Positions 1 through 10,590 are shown, counted from the stretch's first letter. The stretch: DNA of 64,000 bases from Minisyncoccota bacterium (GCA_035495115.1 DATJGJ010000007.1:3136-67135); one strand, 5' to 3'. Made by a program: numbers and translations. The notes: generated by a model from the sequence alone, not told the origin.

Positions 1-554
1 CTTTTGAATGAATAGACATAATCATCAATACCAGCTTGAACTGACTGAGCCGATTTTTCATCATTTGTACGTGCTATAGAAATACCAACGACAAATTGAT
101 CATTGGCTACTGCTACTTGGTTACTAAATCTCGGAACTGTCTGCTTTAGTCGCTCAATTACCTTATCTACCCCTTCATTTCTCAGTCCTTTATTTACAAT
201 AATACTCTTTGACTGAGGCAAACGAGTCAATCTTGGCTTTGGATTGCCATCGCATGGTCGTGCAGTGACAGAACCCACTTCTTCGCCACCAAAACCGATC
301 TCAGGCAAGATCTGAGTCAATCGTCCGTTATAGTCAAAGCCCGCAGACAAAAGTACTGGTGTCTTGTACGTTATACAATCGACAGTTTTTGAAATACTAC
401 CACCACCTTTTTTGGGACTATAACCATACATCAATGATGCAACGCTGCGGGTAATGCCGAACCTACCGAGAAATTCCCCGGTCGATGTGAAGAAATCGTG
501 CACCGTCTCAGGATCAAAACGGAATAAGATAGGCTTGAGGAGATGTGTATACAT
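1..554 (-). CDS. pyrD: Quinone-dependent (class 2) dihydroorotate dehydrogenase, N-terminal part (runs off window edge)
   Basis: Not in the ORF track; manual translation from ATG at 554 gives MYTHLLKPILFRFDPETVH...LSAGFDYNG...GFGGEEVGSVTARPCDGNPKPRLTRL...NKGLRNEG, matching class 2 DHODH motifs. Confidence 0.85.
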   Translation of the reverse strand, partial: MYTHLLKPILFRFDPETVHDFFTSTGEFLGRFGITRSVASLMYGYSPKKGGGSISKTVDCITYKTPVLLSAGFDYNGRLTQILPEIGFGGEEVGSVTARPCDGNPKPRLTRLPQSKSIIVNKGLRNEGVDKVIERLKQTVPRFSNQVAVANDQFVVGISIARTNDEKSAQSVQAGIDDYVYSFK

Positions 555-618
555 GAAAATAATATAGCATAAATCAGCATATAACCGTGATACAATGTAT
601 TGCACATAATACAAAACA

Positions 619-1230
619 ATGGATCAACTTCCGCATATTGCAACCACTATTGTTCAGTTTGGTGTCGCTCATGACTATCTGGTTTATATTTTGATTGCTA
701 TTGTTGCCTGCGCTGAAGGTCCCTGGATATCACTCATCCTCGGCGTCCTTCTCCGTCTCGGTTTTTTCTTCTTTTGGCCCATATACATCGCTCTTATGAT
801 CGGAGATCTCGTTGGGGATGTTCTCTGGTACTACATCGGTCGACGCTATGGCCACTCATTCATCGGTAAGCATGGGCATCGTTTCAATATCACCGAAGCC
901 GGCGTCGAACGTATGACTCACTTATTTCATAAATATAAACACACCGTCCTTTTCCTTTCAAAGATTTCGAATGGTCTCGGCTTTGCCATAGTTACACTCA
1001 TGACTGCGGGTATGATCAAGATCCCATTCGGACGATATATCATAGTGAATGCAGTTGGACAGCTGATCTGGACGGGGTTTTTGCTTGGTGTAGGATATTT
1101 CTTTAGTAATCTCTATATCACAGTCGATAATGTGCTCGGCAAGATCACTATTACGGTCGGTATTGTCATACTCGCCTTTTTGGGATATCGCTATTTCCAG
1201 TATTTAAAGAAAAAAGCCGACAATCTATAG
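619..1230 (+). CDS. DedA/VTT family membrane protein
   Basis: Hydrophobic; GDVLWYYIGRRYG and TAGMIKIPFGRY motifs. Confidence 0.85.
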   Translation: MDQLPHIATTIVQFGVAHDYLVYILIAIVACAEGPWISLILGVLLRLGFFFFWPIYIALMIGDLVGDVLWYYIGRRYGHSFIGKHGHRFNITEAGVERMTHLFHKYKHTVLFLSKISNGLGFAIVTLMTAGMIKIPFGRYIIVNAVGQLIWTGFLLGVGYFFSNLYITVDNVLGKITITVGIVILAFLGYRYFQYLKKKADNL

Positions 1231-1240
1231 TTTTTATTTT

Positions 1241-1993
1241 ATGATTTCAATTATTATTCCCACATACAATGAAGAGCACTATATAGGTAATACTCTCGAT
1301 AATTTAAAATCACTGACTTTGCCACATGAGCTCATAGTTACTGATGACAAAAGCACTGACCGCACTGTTTCTATAGCTCAGCAATATACTGACCAGGTAC
1401 TTGTCCCTGATTTGAAACACGCGACTATCGCTGCGAATAGAAATGCTGGCGCACAAGCTGCTCACGGCGAATTCCTTGTATTCATAGACAGCAGCTGTCT
1501 CATCAATGATCCTGATTCTTTTTTTACACACGCAGTAAAGGATTTTGAATCAAAACCTGATCTCGTCGCCCTTACTGGCAACCTGAACATATACCCTGAA
1601 ACCAGAACATGGGGAGATCGATTAATGTACTTTATATTTAATACGACGCATTTTATCAAAAACAACATTCTGCATACAGGCGAAGCGCCTGGGAAATTCC
1701 AGATGATTCGTCGTGCAGCCTTCGAAAAAGTCGGCGGATTCAATGTAAATCTCGTTACCCGCGAGGACGCTGACCTTTTTTACCGTTTATCAAGGATCGG
1801 CAGGACATTTTATGATGGTCGTCTACAAGTGCTTCATAGTGGGCGCAGAGCTCACGCTATCGGCTGGATCAAACTTATGTCTATCTGGATGATAAACACT
1901 GTCTGGTTTGCTGTATTTGGCACAACTAAAACAAAAAACTGGGAACGTTGGTGGGAAAAGAAGCCTTTATCAAACAATACATCTTCTGAATAA
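1241..1993 (+). CDS. Glycosyltransferase family 2
   Basis: ISIIIPTYNEE, DDKSTD, RNAGA, EDAD motifs. Confidence 0.9.
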   Translation: MISIIIPTYNEEHYIGNTLDNLKSLTLPHELIVTDDKSTDRTVSIAQQYTDQVLVPDLKHATIAANRNAGAQAAHGEFLVFIDSSCLINDPDSFFTHAVKDFESKPDLVALTGNLNIYPETRTWGDRLMYFIFNTTHFIKNNILHTGEAPGKFQMIRRAAFEKVGGFNVNLVTREDADLFYRLSRIGRTFYDGRLQVLHSGRRAHAIGWIKLMSIWMINTVWFAVFGTTKTKNWERWWEKKPLSNNTSSE

Positions 1994-1994
1994 T

Positions 1995-2756
1995 ATGAAA
2001 GTTTCAGTTGTCATACCTGCTCATAATGAGGAGAGTAACATCGCTCAGACGATCGAGAAGCTTCTCGCACAAGATCATACAAACCTAGAAATTATTATTG
2101 TTGATAATGCGAGCACTGATAGAACGTCTGAAGTTGCTCGAAAATTTGAGCGTAGTGGAACGTCTTCCGGACATTCTCCCACCATCTCTGTCAAAGTAGT
2201 ACATGAGTCAAAGAAAGGACTGTTGTATGCGCGCGAACGAGGCAGACGCGAAGCTACTGGTGAAATCATAGTCAATATGGATGCTGATTGTCTCCCTGAA
2301 AGAGACCATATCTCTCGAGGCATTGCTCATTTTAAAGAAAATGCACACAAAGAACATATCGTGGCGGTAACAGGTCCATACGATTACCATGATGGTCACC
2401 CACTCTTCCGTAGCGTGTCATTGTCACTACAAAAATATATCTATCGTTTCACTAGTAATCTCCTGCAGCTTCCATTGATAAAAAAAGGTGCTGTTTTGAT
2501 CGGCGGTAACAACTTTATCCGTGCAGATATCCTTGAGAAAGCAGGCGGGTACAATGTCGCCATCACTTTCTATGGAGAAGATACCGATACTGCCAAAAGA
2601 GTCGCCCCGTATGGAAAAGTTCATTTTGACCCTCATCTTTCGATAAAAACTTCTGCGCGTCGATTCAAAGAAGAAGGTAATTTCAACATAACATTCAAGT
2701 ATCTCTATCATTTTTGGAAAACGATATTTTCTTCAGTAAAGAACAAAGTAAAATAA
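1995..2756 (+). CDS. Glycosyltransferase family 2
   Basis: Start reset to ATG 1995 (MKVSVVIPAHNEE); DNASTD, DAD, GEDTD motifs. Confidence 0.9.
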   Translation: MKVSVVIPAHNEESNIAQTIEKLLAQDHTNLEIIIVDNASTDRTSEVARKFERSGTSSGHSPTISVKVVHESKKGLLYARERGRREATGEIIVNMDADCLPERDHISRGIAHFKENAHKEHIVAVTGPYDYHDGHPLFRSVSLSLQKYIYRFTSNLLQLPLIKKGAVLIGGNNFIRADILEKAGGYNVAITFYGEDTDTAKRVAPYGKVHFDPHLSIKTSARRFKEEGNFNITFKYLYHFWKTIFSSVKNKVK

Positions 2757-2856
2757 AGTATTTGATAGTGGTCAATGCTGCAAGCCATCTTCAGCTTGCG
2801 TCTTTTTTGTTTGGTGGTATAATACTTCATGTACTTAACTATTAACTACTATAACC

Positions 2857-3294
2857 ATGTCTTTAGCCACAAAACCAAAGTCAACATCGCGTACCGCTGA
2901 TATCGCCTCATTGCTGGTATCACTCACCCGCTCTATGTACAAAACGATGCGCACCGTTGCGCCTGCATGCTCATTCCTCGAAATGAAGACGCTTACGATT
3001 GCTTATGAGCACAAAAATCCAGCCATGAAATACATTGCTGACGAGCTCGGCATATCTTCCCCTGCTGTCACTGCCATTATCGATCGCCTCGTCGAAAATA
3101 AAGACGTGGAGCGTTATGAGGATGAAGCAGACCGACGCGTGACCCGTATATCGCTCACGTCTCAAGGAAAGAAAAATTTTGAGAAAAATAGAGCGGCAAT
3201 ATACGAAGCTTTCAACGAGCGCGCATCAGCCCTCACGGAGAGTGAACAGATCGAGCTATCACGCATACTGACCAAATTACAACATAACCAATAA
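2857..3294 (+). CDS. MarR family transcriptional regulator
   Basis: wHTH (IADELGISSPAVTAIIDRL) and DRR motif; first gene of an efflux operon. Confidence 0.9.
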   Translation: MSLATKPKSTSRTADIASLLVSLTRSMYKTMRTVAPACSFLEMKTLTIAYEHKNPAMKYIADELGISSPAVTAIIDRLVENKDVERYEDEADRRVTRISLTSQGKKNFEKNRAAIYEAFNERASALTESEQIELSRILTKLQHNQ

Positions 3295-3304
3295 TAATAT
3301 TTAT

Positions 3305-4846
3305 ATGAAAACCTCAGATCAAAAACTTAAATTGTGGCTCGGCATAGGTATCGGCGTTACGGCAGTTGGGGTAGCAGTCGTTACTTACGCACTTTCTCGA
3401 CATGCGCCCTCATACAGCACAGAGACAGTGACTCGTCGTAACATTACGCAGATAGTCCGCGCGAGCGGTACAGTAGTCGCAGAACAAGAATCGACGTTGT
3501 CATTCAGCACCCAAGGAAAAATCCAAGAGGTCCTCGTCCATGCGGGCGATGTGGTGCACAAAGGAGATATCCTCGCTCGCTTGGATAATGGCACCATCCA
3601 GGCTCAGCTTAGTGGCGCCATGGCCGATCTTACTGCCAGTGAGTCGCAGCTGAGCAAGCTCGAAAGCGGCGCACGACCAGAGGAGCTCGCTTTATACGAC
3701 CAAAAATACACCGATACATCTTCATCGCTCATAGTGGCCATGAACAATGCATACCTACAAGCAACGGACGCTATCATCAATAAAACTGATGCTTTGTTCA
3801 CCAATGGCAACAGCGTGAACCCAGTGATCACTGTGCGCACAGATAGCCAGATCCAAGCAACGAATATCAATATGGAGCGCATCAAGCTCCGAGATCAGTT
3901 CAATGCCCTCAAAGATACTCTCGCCCGCGCGCAGACATCCACAAGTACGATCGCTCTCGCTCGTCAAAGCACTCGAGATGTTCTCTTGGCGACTCAGCAA
4001 TTCCTTTCTGACTTGAGTGCAATAACGAACGCTCTTTCTGTCGGCAATTCTGGTCTTTCACAGGCAACGATCAACACCTATCTTTCGACTGTCAGTGCTT
4101 CTCAGCTTGAAGTTACGGGCGCGCTCAATAGTTTTACAACAGCTGATGCCGCATGGAGCAATGCAGGTGGTAGCCTCACTCTCGAAAATGCAGGTACACG
4201 CAATGAGGATGTGGCATCACAATCAGCGCTTACAGCGAAAGCTTCAGCGCAAGTCGACGCATACCGCAGCGCTTTATCGCAGACATATATACGTGCGCCG
4301 TTCGATGGAACGATCACTGACGTCAACATGAAAGTCGGCGAGGTGGTCGTACCGGGCATATCCGCAGACGAGAATATAGGCATCATCAATACCGCTTTGT
4401 TCAATGTAGAAGCATATGTGCCACAAAATACTATCGGCTCTATGAATGTCGGTAATCCTGCAACCGTAAGCTTTGACGCGTATGGTTCAAGTACACTCTT
4501 TCCTGCGCATATATATCTCGTCAGTCCTGCTGAAACGATCAAAAACGGCATAAGCTCATATAAAGTCACGTTGCGCTTTGATCAAGCAGATGAACGTATC
4601 CGTTCAGGCTTGAACGCCAACGTGCTCATCACTACAGCGACATCTACCGACGCTCTCGCTGTGCCTACGAGAGCCATCATCACTCAAGGTGACAAGAAAT
4701 ACGTTCTTGTCCAAGACAGTACAAAAAAGACCTTTACGCAGCGCGATGTTACCGTCGGCATCAGCGGATCTGACGGATACACAGAGATCATAAACGGCGT
4801 AGCTGAAGGCGATGTCGTCGCTCACTTCGGTACAGATTCGTATTAA
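3305..4846 (+). CDS. Efflux membrane-fusion (periplasmic adaptor) protein with long coiled coil
   Basis: N-terminal TM; lipoyl halves (GDVVHKGDILARLD, IRAPFDGTI); C-terminal VPTRAI...GVAEGD. Confidence 0.85.
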   Translation: MKTSDQKLKLWLGIGIGVTAVGVAVVTYALSRHAPSYSTETVTRRNITQIVRASGTVVAEQESTLSFSTQGKIQEVLVHAGDVVHKGDILARLDNGTIQAQLSGAMADLTASESQLSKLESGARPEELALYDQKYTDTSSSLIVAMNNAYLQATDAIINKTDALFTNGNSVNPVITVRTDSQIQATNINMERIKLRDQFNALKDTLARAQTSTSTIALARQSTRDVLLATQQFLSDLSAITNALSVGNSGLSQATINTYLSTVSASQLEVTGALNSFTTADAAWSNAGGSLTLENAGTRNEDVASQSALTAKASAQVDAYRSALSQTYIRAPFDGTITDVNMKVGEVVVPGISADENIGIINTALFNVEAYVPQNTIGSMNVGNPATVSFDAYGSSTLFPAHIYLVSPAETIKNGISSYKVTLRFDQADERIRSGLNANVLITTATSTDALAVPTRAIITQGDKKYVLVQDSTKKTFTQRDVTVGISGSDGYTEIINGVAEGDVVAHFGTDSY

Positions 4847-4866
4847 TTTCATCACCCTATACTATT

Positions 4867-5487
4867 ATGAAAAAACTTACTTCAAACATCTGGGTCACTA
4901 CTGGACTGCTCGCAGTCATCATTATCGGCGGCACAGCAGGAGTTGCTTTTTGGCTCACATCTATGGGACGCGTGTACACCGACAAAGCCATCGTTTCTGC
5001 TTCGATAACAAATATATCCCCTTCTGCAGCAGGCATTCTCCAGGAGGTTTACGTGAATGTAGGTGATGTCATCGGTCCTGATACTGTCGTTGCGCGCGTC
5101 GGCAATGAACTATTGAAAACAACTGCAACCAGTGTGGTGACTGATACAAACACTGCCATAGGCACCACAATCAATCCTGGTGTTCCTGTCGTCAAAGTCG
5201 TCAATCCTGATGATCTGCGCGTAGTTGCCCACATTGACGAGGATAAAGGCCTTAGTTCTATCAAGATCGGCGATCAGGCTATCTTTAGGCTTGATGCATT
5301 CGGATCAAGAACATTCCAAGGTGTAGTCGATGAGATCAGCGCAAGCGCACGCCAAGAAGACATCGTCTTCAATATTTCTGACAAACGCCAGATCAACCAG
5401 TTTGATGTGAAGATCAGATTTGATGTGACCGCATATCCTCAGATCAAAAATGGCATGTCAGCGAAGGTCTGGATATACAATAATTAA
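4867..5487 (+). CDS. HlyD/EmrA-like adaptor protein (short, lacks hairpin)
   Basis: TM; VYTDKA; VAHIDE...IKIGDQA; GMSAKV. Confidence 0.75.
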   Translation: MKKLTSNIWVTTGLLAVIIIGGTAGVAFWLTSMGRVYTDKAIVSASITNISPSAAGILQEVYVNVGDVIGPDTVVARVGNELLKTTATSVVTDTNTAIGTTINPGVPVVKVVNPDDLRVVAHIDEDKGLSSIKIGDQAIFRLDAFGSRTFQGVVDEISASARQEDIVFNISDKRQINQFDVKIRFDVTAYPQIKNGMSAKVWIYNN

Positions 5488-5504
5488 CACACACCCGTAC
5501 ATAT

Positions 5505-7004
5505 ATGAAAGGTAATTCCAATTTTGAGTGGCTCGTCCTCGCGACGGTCATCATAGGGACATTCCTCGGCCGTCTCGACCAGACGATCGTCAATTTGGCA
5601 TTGCCAAAAATGATCAGTGATTTTGGGGTGAGCGTCTCTACTGGTGCATGGATTGCAACAGCATACATCATCGCCAATGCGGTTTTCGTGCCTGTATGGG
5701 GCAAGCTCGGCGATAGTATCGGCAGAAAAAAAGTGTACATACTCGGCTTTTTGATATTTATCATCAGCTCAGTATTCGCGGGTCTCGCATGGAATTTTTC
5801 ATCCATGATCGTATTCCGCGTGATACAGGCGATCGCAAGCTCAGCTGACTACCCCACTGCTATGGCCATCCTTGCGGTAACATTCACTGATCCCAAGAAG
5901 CGCGCCCAAGCTCTCGGTATCTGGTCATCAGCATTCGCAGCTTCAGCAGTTCTCGGACCACTTATCGGTGGCCCATTGATCGACCTTTTCAACTGGCGTG
6001 CGGTATTCCTTCTCAATCTTCCTGTCGGACTTATCGGCCTCGCCATGGCCCTTGCATTCGTGCACGAGTCTGTATCAGAGAGAAAAGCTCGTCGTTTTGA
6101 CTGGTGGGGAGCCATCACGCTCGGCGGCGCACTGGCGACACTCGTCTTACTGCTTGATAAGGGTACAGACTGGGGATGGACATCAGGAAATAGCCTCCTT
6201 TCGTATGTACTCATAGCTATATTCTCAGCTGCATTTTATTTCATCGAACGAGGGCACGAGGACGCTATCGTTGATTTCAAGTTTTTCAAAAGCTCCACAT
6301 TCAATACTGTTATCGCTAACAACTTTATTGTATTCATGGGCATGATGGGCAGCGTTTTCCTTATCCCAATCTTTGCTCAAACATTCCTAGGCATGACTGC
6401 AACTGAAGCAGGCTATCTCTTTATACCTATGGCTGCTGGATTTATGGTCTCAGCGCCTATTGGTGGTCGTCTGATAGGTCGAGTGAAGCCGAGCTATATC
6501 ATAGCGATCAGTACTTTTGGTGCAGGAGTGGGCATATTTCTATTCTCTCTCCTGCTCGACCCGCGCTCTGGTACGCTCGATATCATCATTCCGCTTTCTA
6601 TCATGGCGTTCAGTCTCGGTTTTGGTATGGCACAGCGCACAAGCATGGTAACCAATAGTGTACCTACGCATGAAGTAGGCGTCGCATCATCTGTTCTCGC
6701 GCTGGCCCGCAATATTGCCGGCGCATTCGGTATCGCCTTGTCAGGTACTCTTATCAAAAATATCTCGACGAGCAAAGTGATCGCTATTTCACAAAATAGC
6801 ACTATCAATGCATCATCGCCCGCAGATATCAGTCAGGCTATCGGATTGATCGAACTTAAGGCGCAAGTCGCTGCGTACGCCACTGTTTTTGAAGTATCTG
6901 CTGTGATCGTGCTGATCGGAGCAGTAGCAGCACTATGGATCAAAGGAAATGCATCGGCATTTGCGCACAAAAAAACTGATGAAGCTCTCGTAATAGTCGA
7001 GTAA
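5505..7004 (+). CDS. MFS DHA2 (EmrB/QacA-type) multidrug exporter
   Basis: LDQTIVNLALP, GKLGDSIGRK, GPLIGG...WRAVFLLNLPVG. Confidence 0.9.
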   Translation: MKGNSNFEWLVLATVIIGTFLGRLDQTIVNLALPKMISDFGVSVSTGAWIATAYIIANAVFVPVWGKLGDSIGRKKVYILGFLIFIISSVFAGLAWNFSSMIVFRVIQAIASSADYPTAMAILAVTFTDPKKRAQALGIWSSAFAASAVLGPLIGGPLIDLFNWRAVFLLNLPVGLIGLAMALAFVHESVSERKARRFDWWGAITLGGALATLVLLLDKGTDWGWTSGNSLLSYVLIAIFSAAFYFIERGHEDAIVDFKFFKSSTFNTVIANNFIVFMGMMGSVFLIPIFAQTFLGMTATEAGYLFIPMAAGFMVSAPIGGRLIGRVKPSYIIAISTFGAGVGIFLFSLLLDPRSGTLDIIIPLSIMAFSLGFGMAQRTSMVTNSVPTHEVGVASSVLALARNIAGAFGIALSGTLIKNISTSKVIAISQNSTINASSPADISQAIGLIELKAQVAAYATVFEVSAVIVLIGAVAALWIKGNASAFAHKKTDEALVIVE

Positions 7005-7028
7005 GCACGCCACAGATAAACATAAAGC

Positions 7029-7061
7029 GAACAAAAAACCGCGTAGTGCGGTTTTTTGTTC
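7029..7061. terminator. Bidirectional intrinsic terminator
   Basis: GAACAAAAAACCGC-gtagt-GCGGTTTTTTGTTC between convergent genes. Confidence 0.8.
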
Positions 7062-7078
7062 TAGAGTTTACTTACGAT

Positions 7079-7411
7079 TTAATTTGCTCTGAGAGCATTT
7101 GCGACAGCCTGCTTTTCAGCATCGCTCACACTTACTTTTGTACTGCTCAACTGAGCTGCAACATGATCGATCTCTTGCTGGGAAACATGGACTGGAGCCG
7201 TACGCAATATTGCGGCAACTTGTGCCCTGAGATCAGTCTCGGTAGGCGCTGCTTGCTCAAGACTATTGTTCATAGTTGACCACCAATAGAGAATGCCGAC
7301 GATAATCGCGATTGCAACAGCGATGATGGACATATTGATGAAACGATGGTGCTCCTCAGCGGTCATTGGTACTTGTGGGATTGGGTTTTGATTGAGAGAG
7401 TAAGTATTCAT
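7079..7411 (-). CDS. Hypothetical single-TM protein
   Basis: 110-aa ORF with one TM; TATAAT 6 nt upstream of ATG. Confidence 0.65.
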   Translation of the reverse strand: MNTYSLNQNPIPQVPMTAEEHHRFINMSIIAVAIAIIVGILYWWSTMNNSLEQAAPTETDLRAQVAAILRTAPVHVSQQEIDHVAAQLSSTKVSVSDAEKQAVANALRAN

Positions 7412-7467
7412 GTTTTAATTATACCACAACAAACTATTGCTGAGGTTCTATTGGGGATAACCGAGAC

Positions 7468-8400
7468 TTACGGAGTGGTTGTAGAGGTAGTTGTTGCGAC
7501 TGGAGCAGGATTTGTACTTGTTGCAACAGGAGCTCTCAATCCATTCAAACTCTTTTTATTATGAGATATGACGCCTACAGCAAAACGGAGATCTTTTTCT
7601 GAAGCATTGAGTGCTTTTTGAGCAGTGACAACGTTCTGACGTGCAGCCTGAAGAGTTGCGCGTGATGAAGACGCTATGCTTGCATCACCATTATCAGGCT
7701 TCAGATTTGAAACGAGGCTTATAGCTAGTTTTGCTTGAGTTGAAGCGGTATTGATCTGAGTCAAGAAATCGCTCAGATACGATGAAGTTGATGTTGCGCT
7801 TGATGTACTCGAAGCAAGACGCGCTTGTATCTTTGCGTAAATGATATTCATTGAATCAACGATACTGAGGATACGATCTGCAGCAGCAGTAATCTGCGCC
7901 TGTGGTTCAACGAGCGCATATACACGATATGACTTGGTGATCGAACTGATATCAGAGCGAACATCTACTGTCGATGTGCCAGTTGCGATTTGGGCCTTGA
8001 GGTTCAAAAGTGCAGCGATCTCAGCCTTGAGCGAAGCCTCTAGTGACGACTGATCTGTACTGCCAATATGCTTCATCGCTTCGATACGAGCTATGAGCCT
8101 GTTCAGGCTTTCGATGCGTTGATCTATCATAAATGAGCCACGATCTTGCTGGTTGTTCAAGCGAACCTGCGTGCTGCTTGCACGGCGCTCTTCACGCTCT
8201 TCCATTCTAAACTGAGCAGAAGTTGTACCCATCATCGTTGTAGATGCAAAGCGCTGATTTGGGCGCTCTTGTTGCATCATGGCACGTGGTGGTTTGCCAG
8301 AATTATTGCCGTTCACTTGTGCCATTGCTGGGATAGCCACAAAGAGCGTAGCTATAGCAGTTACAATTGCCGTTCCTTTTACTAAATTAGTATTCTTCAT
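7468..8400 (-). CDS. Hypothetical secreted helical protein
   Basis: Signal peptide (…IPAMA); coiled-coil and Ser/Thr-rich. Confidence 0.7.
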   Translation of the reverse strand: MKNTNLVKGTAIVTAIATLFVAIPAMAQVNGNNSGKPPRAMMQQERPNQRFASTTMMGTTSAQFRMEEREERRASSTQVRLNNQQDRGSFMIDQRIESLNRLIARIEAMKHIGSTDQSSLEASLKAEIAALLNLKAQIATGTSTVDVRSDISSITKSYRVYALVEPQAQITAAADRILSIVDSMNIIYAKIQARLASSTSSATSTSSYLSDFLTQINTASTQAKLAISLVSNLKPDNGDASIASSSRATLQAARQNVVTAQKALNASEKDLRFAVGVISHNKKSLNGLRAPVATSTNPAPVATTTSTTTP

Positions 8401-8418
8401 AGTGTATAAATCTTATGA

Positions 8419-8700
8419 TTAATTCTTTAATGACTGGTCGATATTAGCAGTATCAGCGTTCGAGCTATTCATCTGAGTACCGACAGAATTGAGATCACTT
8501 TGCAATGCTGCATCTGACGAATCTGATGCTGATGTAGTGAGCCCTGCGTCTGTGGCTGCATAGTTGTCAGCTGAAGGGCTATTTTGCGAAGCTGGCGCTT
8601 GTACTGGCGTGCCATTGGACATGGCATACCACAACCATCCGATAATGACGACCGCGATCAAGATAACGAGCAAAACTATTGTTTTTAAATGGCTAGACAT
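8419..8700 (-). CDS. Hypothetical small membrane-anchored protein
   Basis: N-terminal TM, low-complexity tail. Confidence 0.6.
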   Translation of the reverse strand: MSSHLKTIVLLVILIAVVIIGWLWYAMSNGTPVQAPASQNSPSADNYAATDAGLTTSASDSSDAALQSDLNSVGTQMNSSNADTANIDQSLKN

Positions 8701-8781
8701 ATGTTTGTATGATTAATAAACTAAAACATTCAGAACTATATTCTACCACGTTACTACGAACACGGAAGGCGCTTTGGTGCC

Positions 8782-10590
8782 CTACGCGTGCAAACCAATC
8801 TGTAGCTCGTACAATCGGCGATATTCACCGCCATCAATCTTGAGCAATTCATCGTGTTTTCCTGACTCGATAATCTTACCCTCCTTGAAAACGAGGATCT
8901 TATGGGCTTTTCGGACAGTACTGAGTCTATGAGCGATGATAAAGGTCGTCTTACCTGTCATAAGTTTGTCGAGCGATTCCGTGATGATCTTTTCTGTGCC
9001 TGCATCGAGAGCTGAAGTCGGTTCATCGAGGACAAGTATCTTTGGGTTACGCAAAATAGCACGAGCGATAGCAATGCGTTGTTTTTGTCCAACGGAAAGC
9101 TTGATGCCGCGCTCGCCGACGAGCTGCTTCCACTGTTCAGGGAATTTTTGGATAAAGTCGAGAGCATGGGCTTTGCGTGAAGCTTCCTTGATCTCTTCGT
9201 GAGTTGCCTCAAAGTTACCGTATTTGATATTCGTCTCAATCGTATCGTTAAAGAGAACGACTTCTTGCGGCACCACAGCGATTGCCTTGCGTAGCTTTCT
9301 CAAATTGAGCGTCTTTACATCATGACCATCGATAAATACATCACCGTTATTTGCAAAGTGATACGCTGAGATGAGGTCAATAAGTGTACTCTTGCCTACG
9401 CCTGATTCGCCCACAAGAGCGATAATCTCTCCTGCTTTGATGGAGAATGAAATGTCTTGAAGGACAGGTTTACCTTCATCATACTGAAATGAGACGTTCT
9501 TGAAGTCGATATCGCCACGGATGTCGATGGCTGGAGCATTTATTGGTTCATAGATCTCTATAGGTAGAGAAAGTACCTTCTCGCTTTCTTGAATTTGAAT
9601 TATTCCATTTTGGATAGTCTGCCAGTTACGAGCGATCACGATAAATGGTCCGAAAACCATTGCAGCATAGCCGTTGAATGCCAGGAGCTCACCGAGAGTC
9701 ATGGTGCCCGCATGAATGTAACCGATAGAAATTATAAAAATAACGATTTGTGTTATCAGAATAGTGATTCTTTGGTACAGGCTTAAATTACCCCAAACTA
9801 TCGTTTGCTTCATCCACATTGGAACTGCCTCCATAAAATCTTTTGCCATCTTCTTTCCTTCATACTCCTCAGATGTTGCCTGCTTAATTGCAATTGAATT
9901 TACCATTGCATCATATGAATCTCCCCATACTCTCGAAAGGTGTTTGTTGTACACCTTTTGCAATCCAGCAAGAGGTTTAACATTTATGAGAAGGATTACG
10001 ATATATATTAATAGACCAATGACTAGAATAGCCGCCAGCACTTTATTGACTATAAAAACAATCACAAACGCAATCACAATACTGAGAATCTGTGGTGCAA
10101 GATCAATTATCACATTGCTTATAATGCTTTCCAACGAATTCGCGGCACGATTAATGTCATTTCCAACTTGTCCTATCTTATTTTTTTTATGAAAAGAAAC
10201 CGGGAGATTTAATAAGTATGCAAATCCTTGTGCTATGTAATCTAGCCAGATTGTATTTGAAACATACTGACTGAGAATACTTATTCGCCAGTCAATAACG
10301 TACGTGATCGATTGGACTATGCACCACAGAATAAGCAAACCGACGTATAGAGGTACACTGTACCCAAATATATCCACAGAACCAGTGTTTATGATTGAAT
10401 CAAAAAAACGTCCTGAGATATAAGGCATAAGCCCATTACCGATAGCTGAAAGGATACCGATCACGCTCAAGATAATGATAGTTATGCGATGTTGTCGTGT
10501 ATATCTTAAAAGAACGTTAAAACCCACACGCAGGCCTTCCCTCGTTACTTTTTTCTCCTTTTCTTTTTTATCGTCTTGTTCTGTATCCAT
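8782..10590 (-). CDS. ABC exporter, fused permease/ATPase (MsbA-like)
   Basis: TM domain; GESGVGKST; LSVGQKQR; LVLDEPTSALD. Confidence 0.92.
   Translation of the reverse strand: MDTEQDDKKEKEKKVTREGLRVGFNVLLRYTRQHRITIIILSVIGILSAIGNGLMPYISGRFFDSIINTGSVDIFGYSVPLYVGLLILWCIVQSITYVIDWRISILSQYVSNTIWLDYIAQGFAYLLNLPVSFHKKNKIGQVGNDINRAANSLESIISNVIIDLAPQILSIVIAFVIVFIVNKVLAAILVIGLLIYIVILLINVKPLAGLQKVYNKHLSRVWGDSYDAMVNSIAIKQATSEEYEGKKMAKDFMEAVPMWMKQTIVWGNLSLYQRITILITQIVIFIISIGYIHAGTMTLGELLAFNGYAAMVFGPFIVIARNWQTIQNGIIQIQESEKVLSLPIEIYEPINAPAIDIRGDIDFKNVSFQYDEGKPVLQDISFSIKAGEIIALVGESGVGKSTLIDLISAYHFANNGDVFIDGHDVKTLNLRKLRKAIAVVPQEVVLFNDTIETNIKYGNFEATHEEIKEASRKAHALDFIQKFPEQWKQLVGERGIKLSVGQKQRIAIARAILRNPKILVLDEPTSALDAGTEKIITESLDKLMTGKTTFIIAHRLSTVRKAHKILVFKEGKIIESGKHDELLKIDGGEYRRLYELQIGLHA

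Noticed and set aside
2145-2190. Short insertion in the GT2 protein (ERSGTSSGHSPTIS) containing GAGCGTAGTGG, similar to the topA insert apex
   Set aside because: Only about 10 nt of similarity and no flanking stem; cannot be distinguished from chance
2832-2848. TACTTAA-cta-TTAACTA as a MarR operator
   Set aside because: Position is plausible, but it is an imperfect AT-rich palindrome with a single instance; too weak to call
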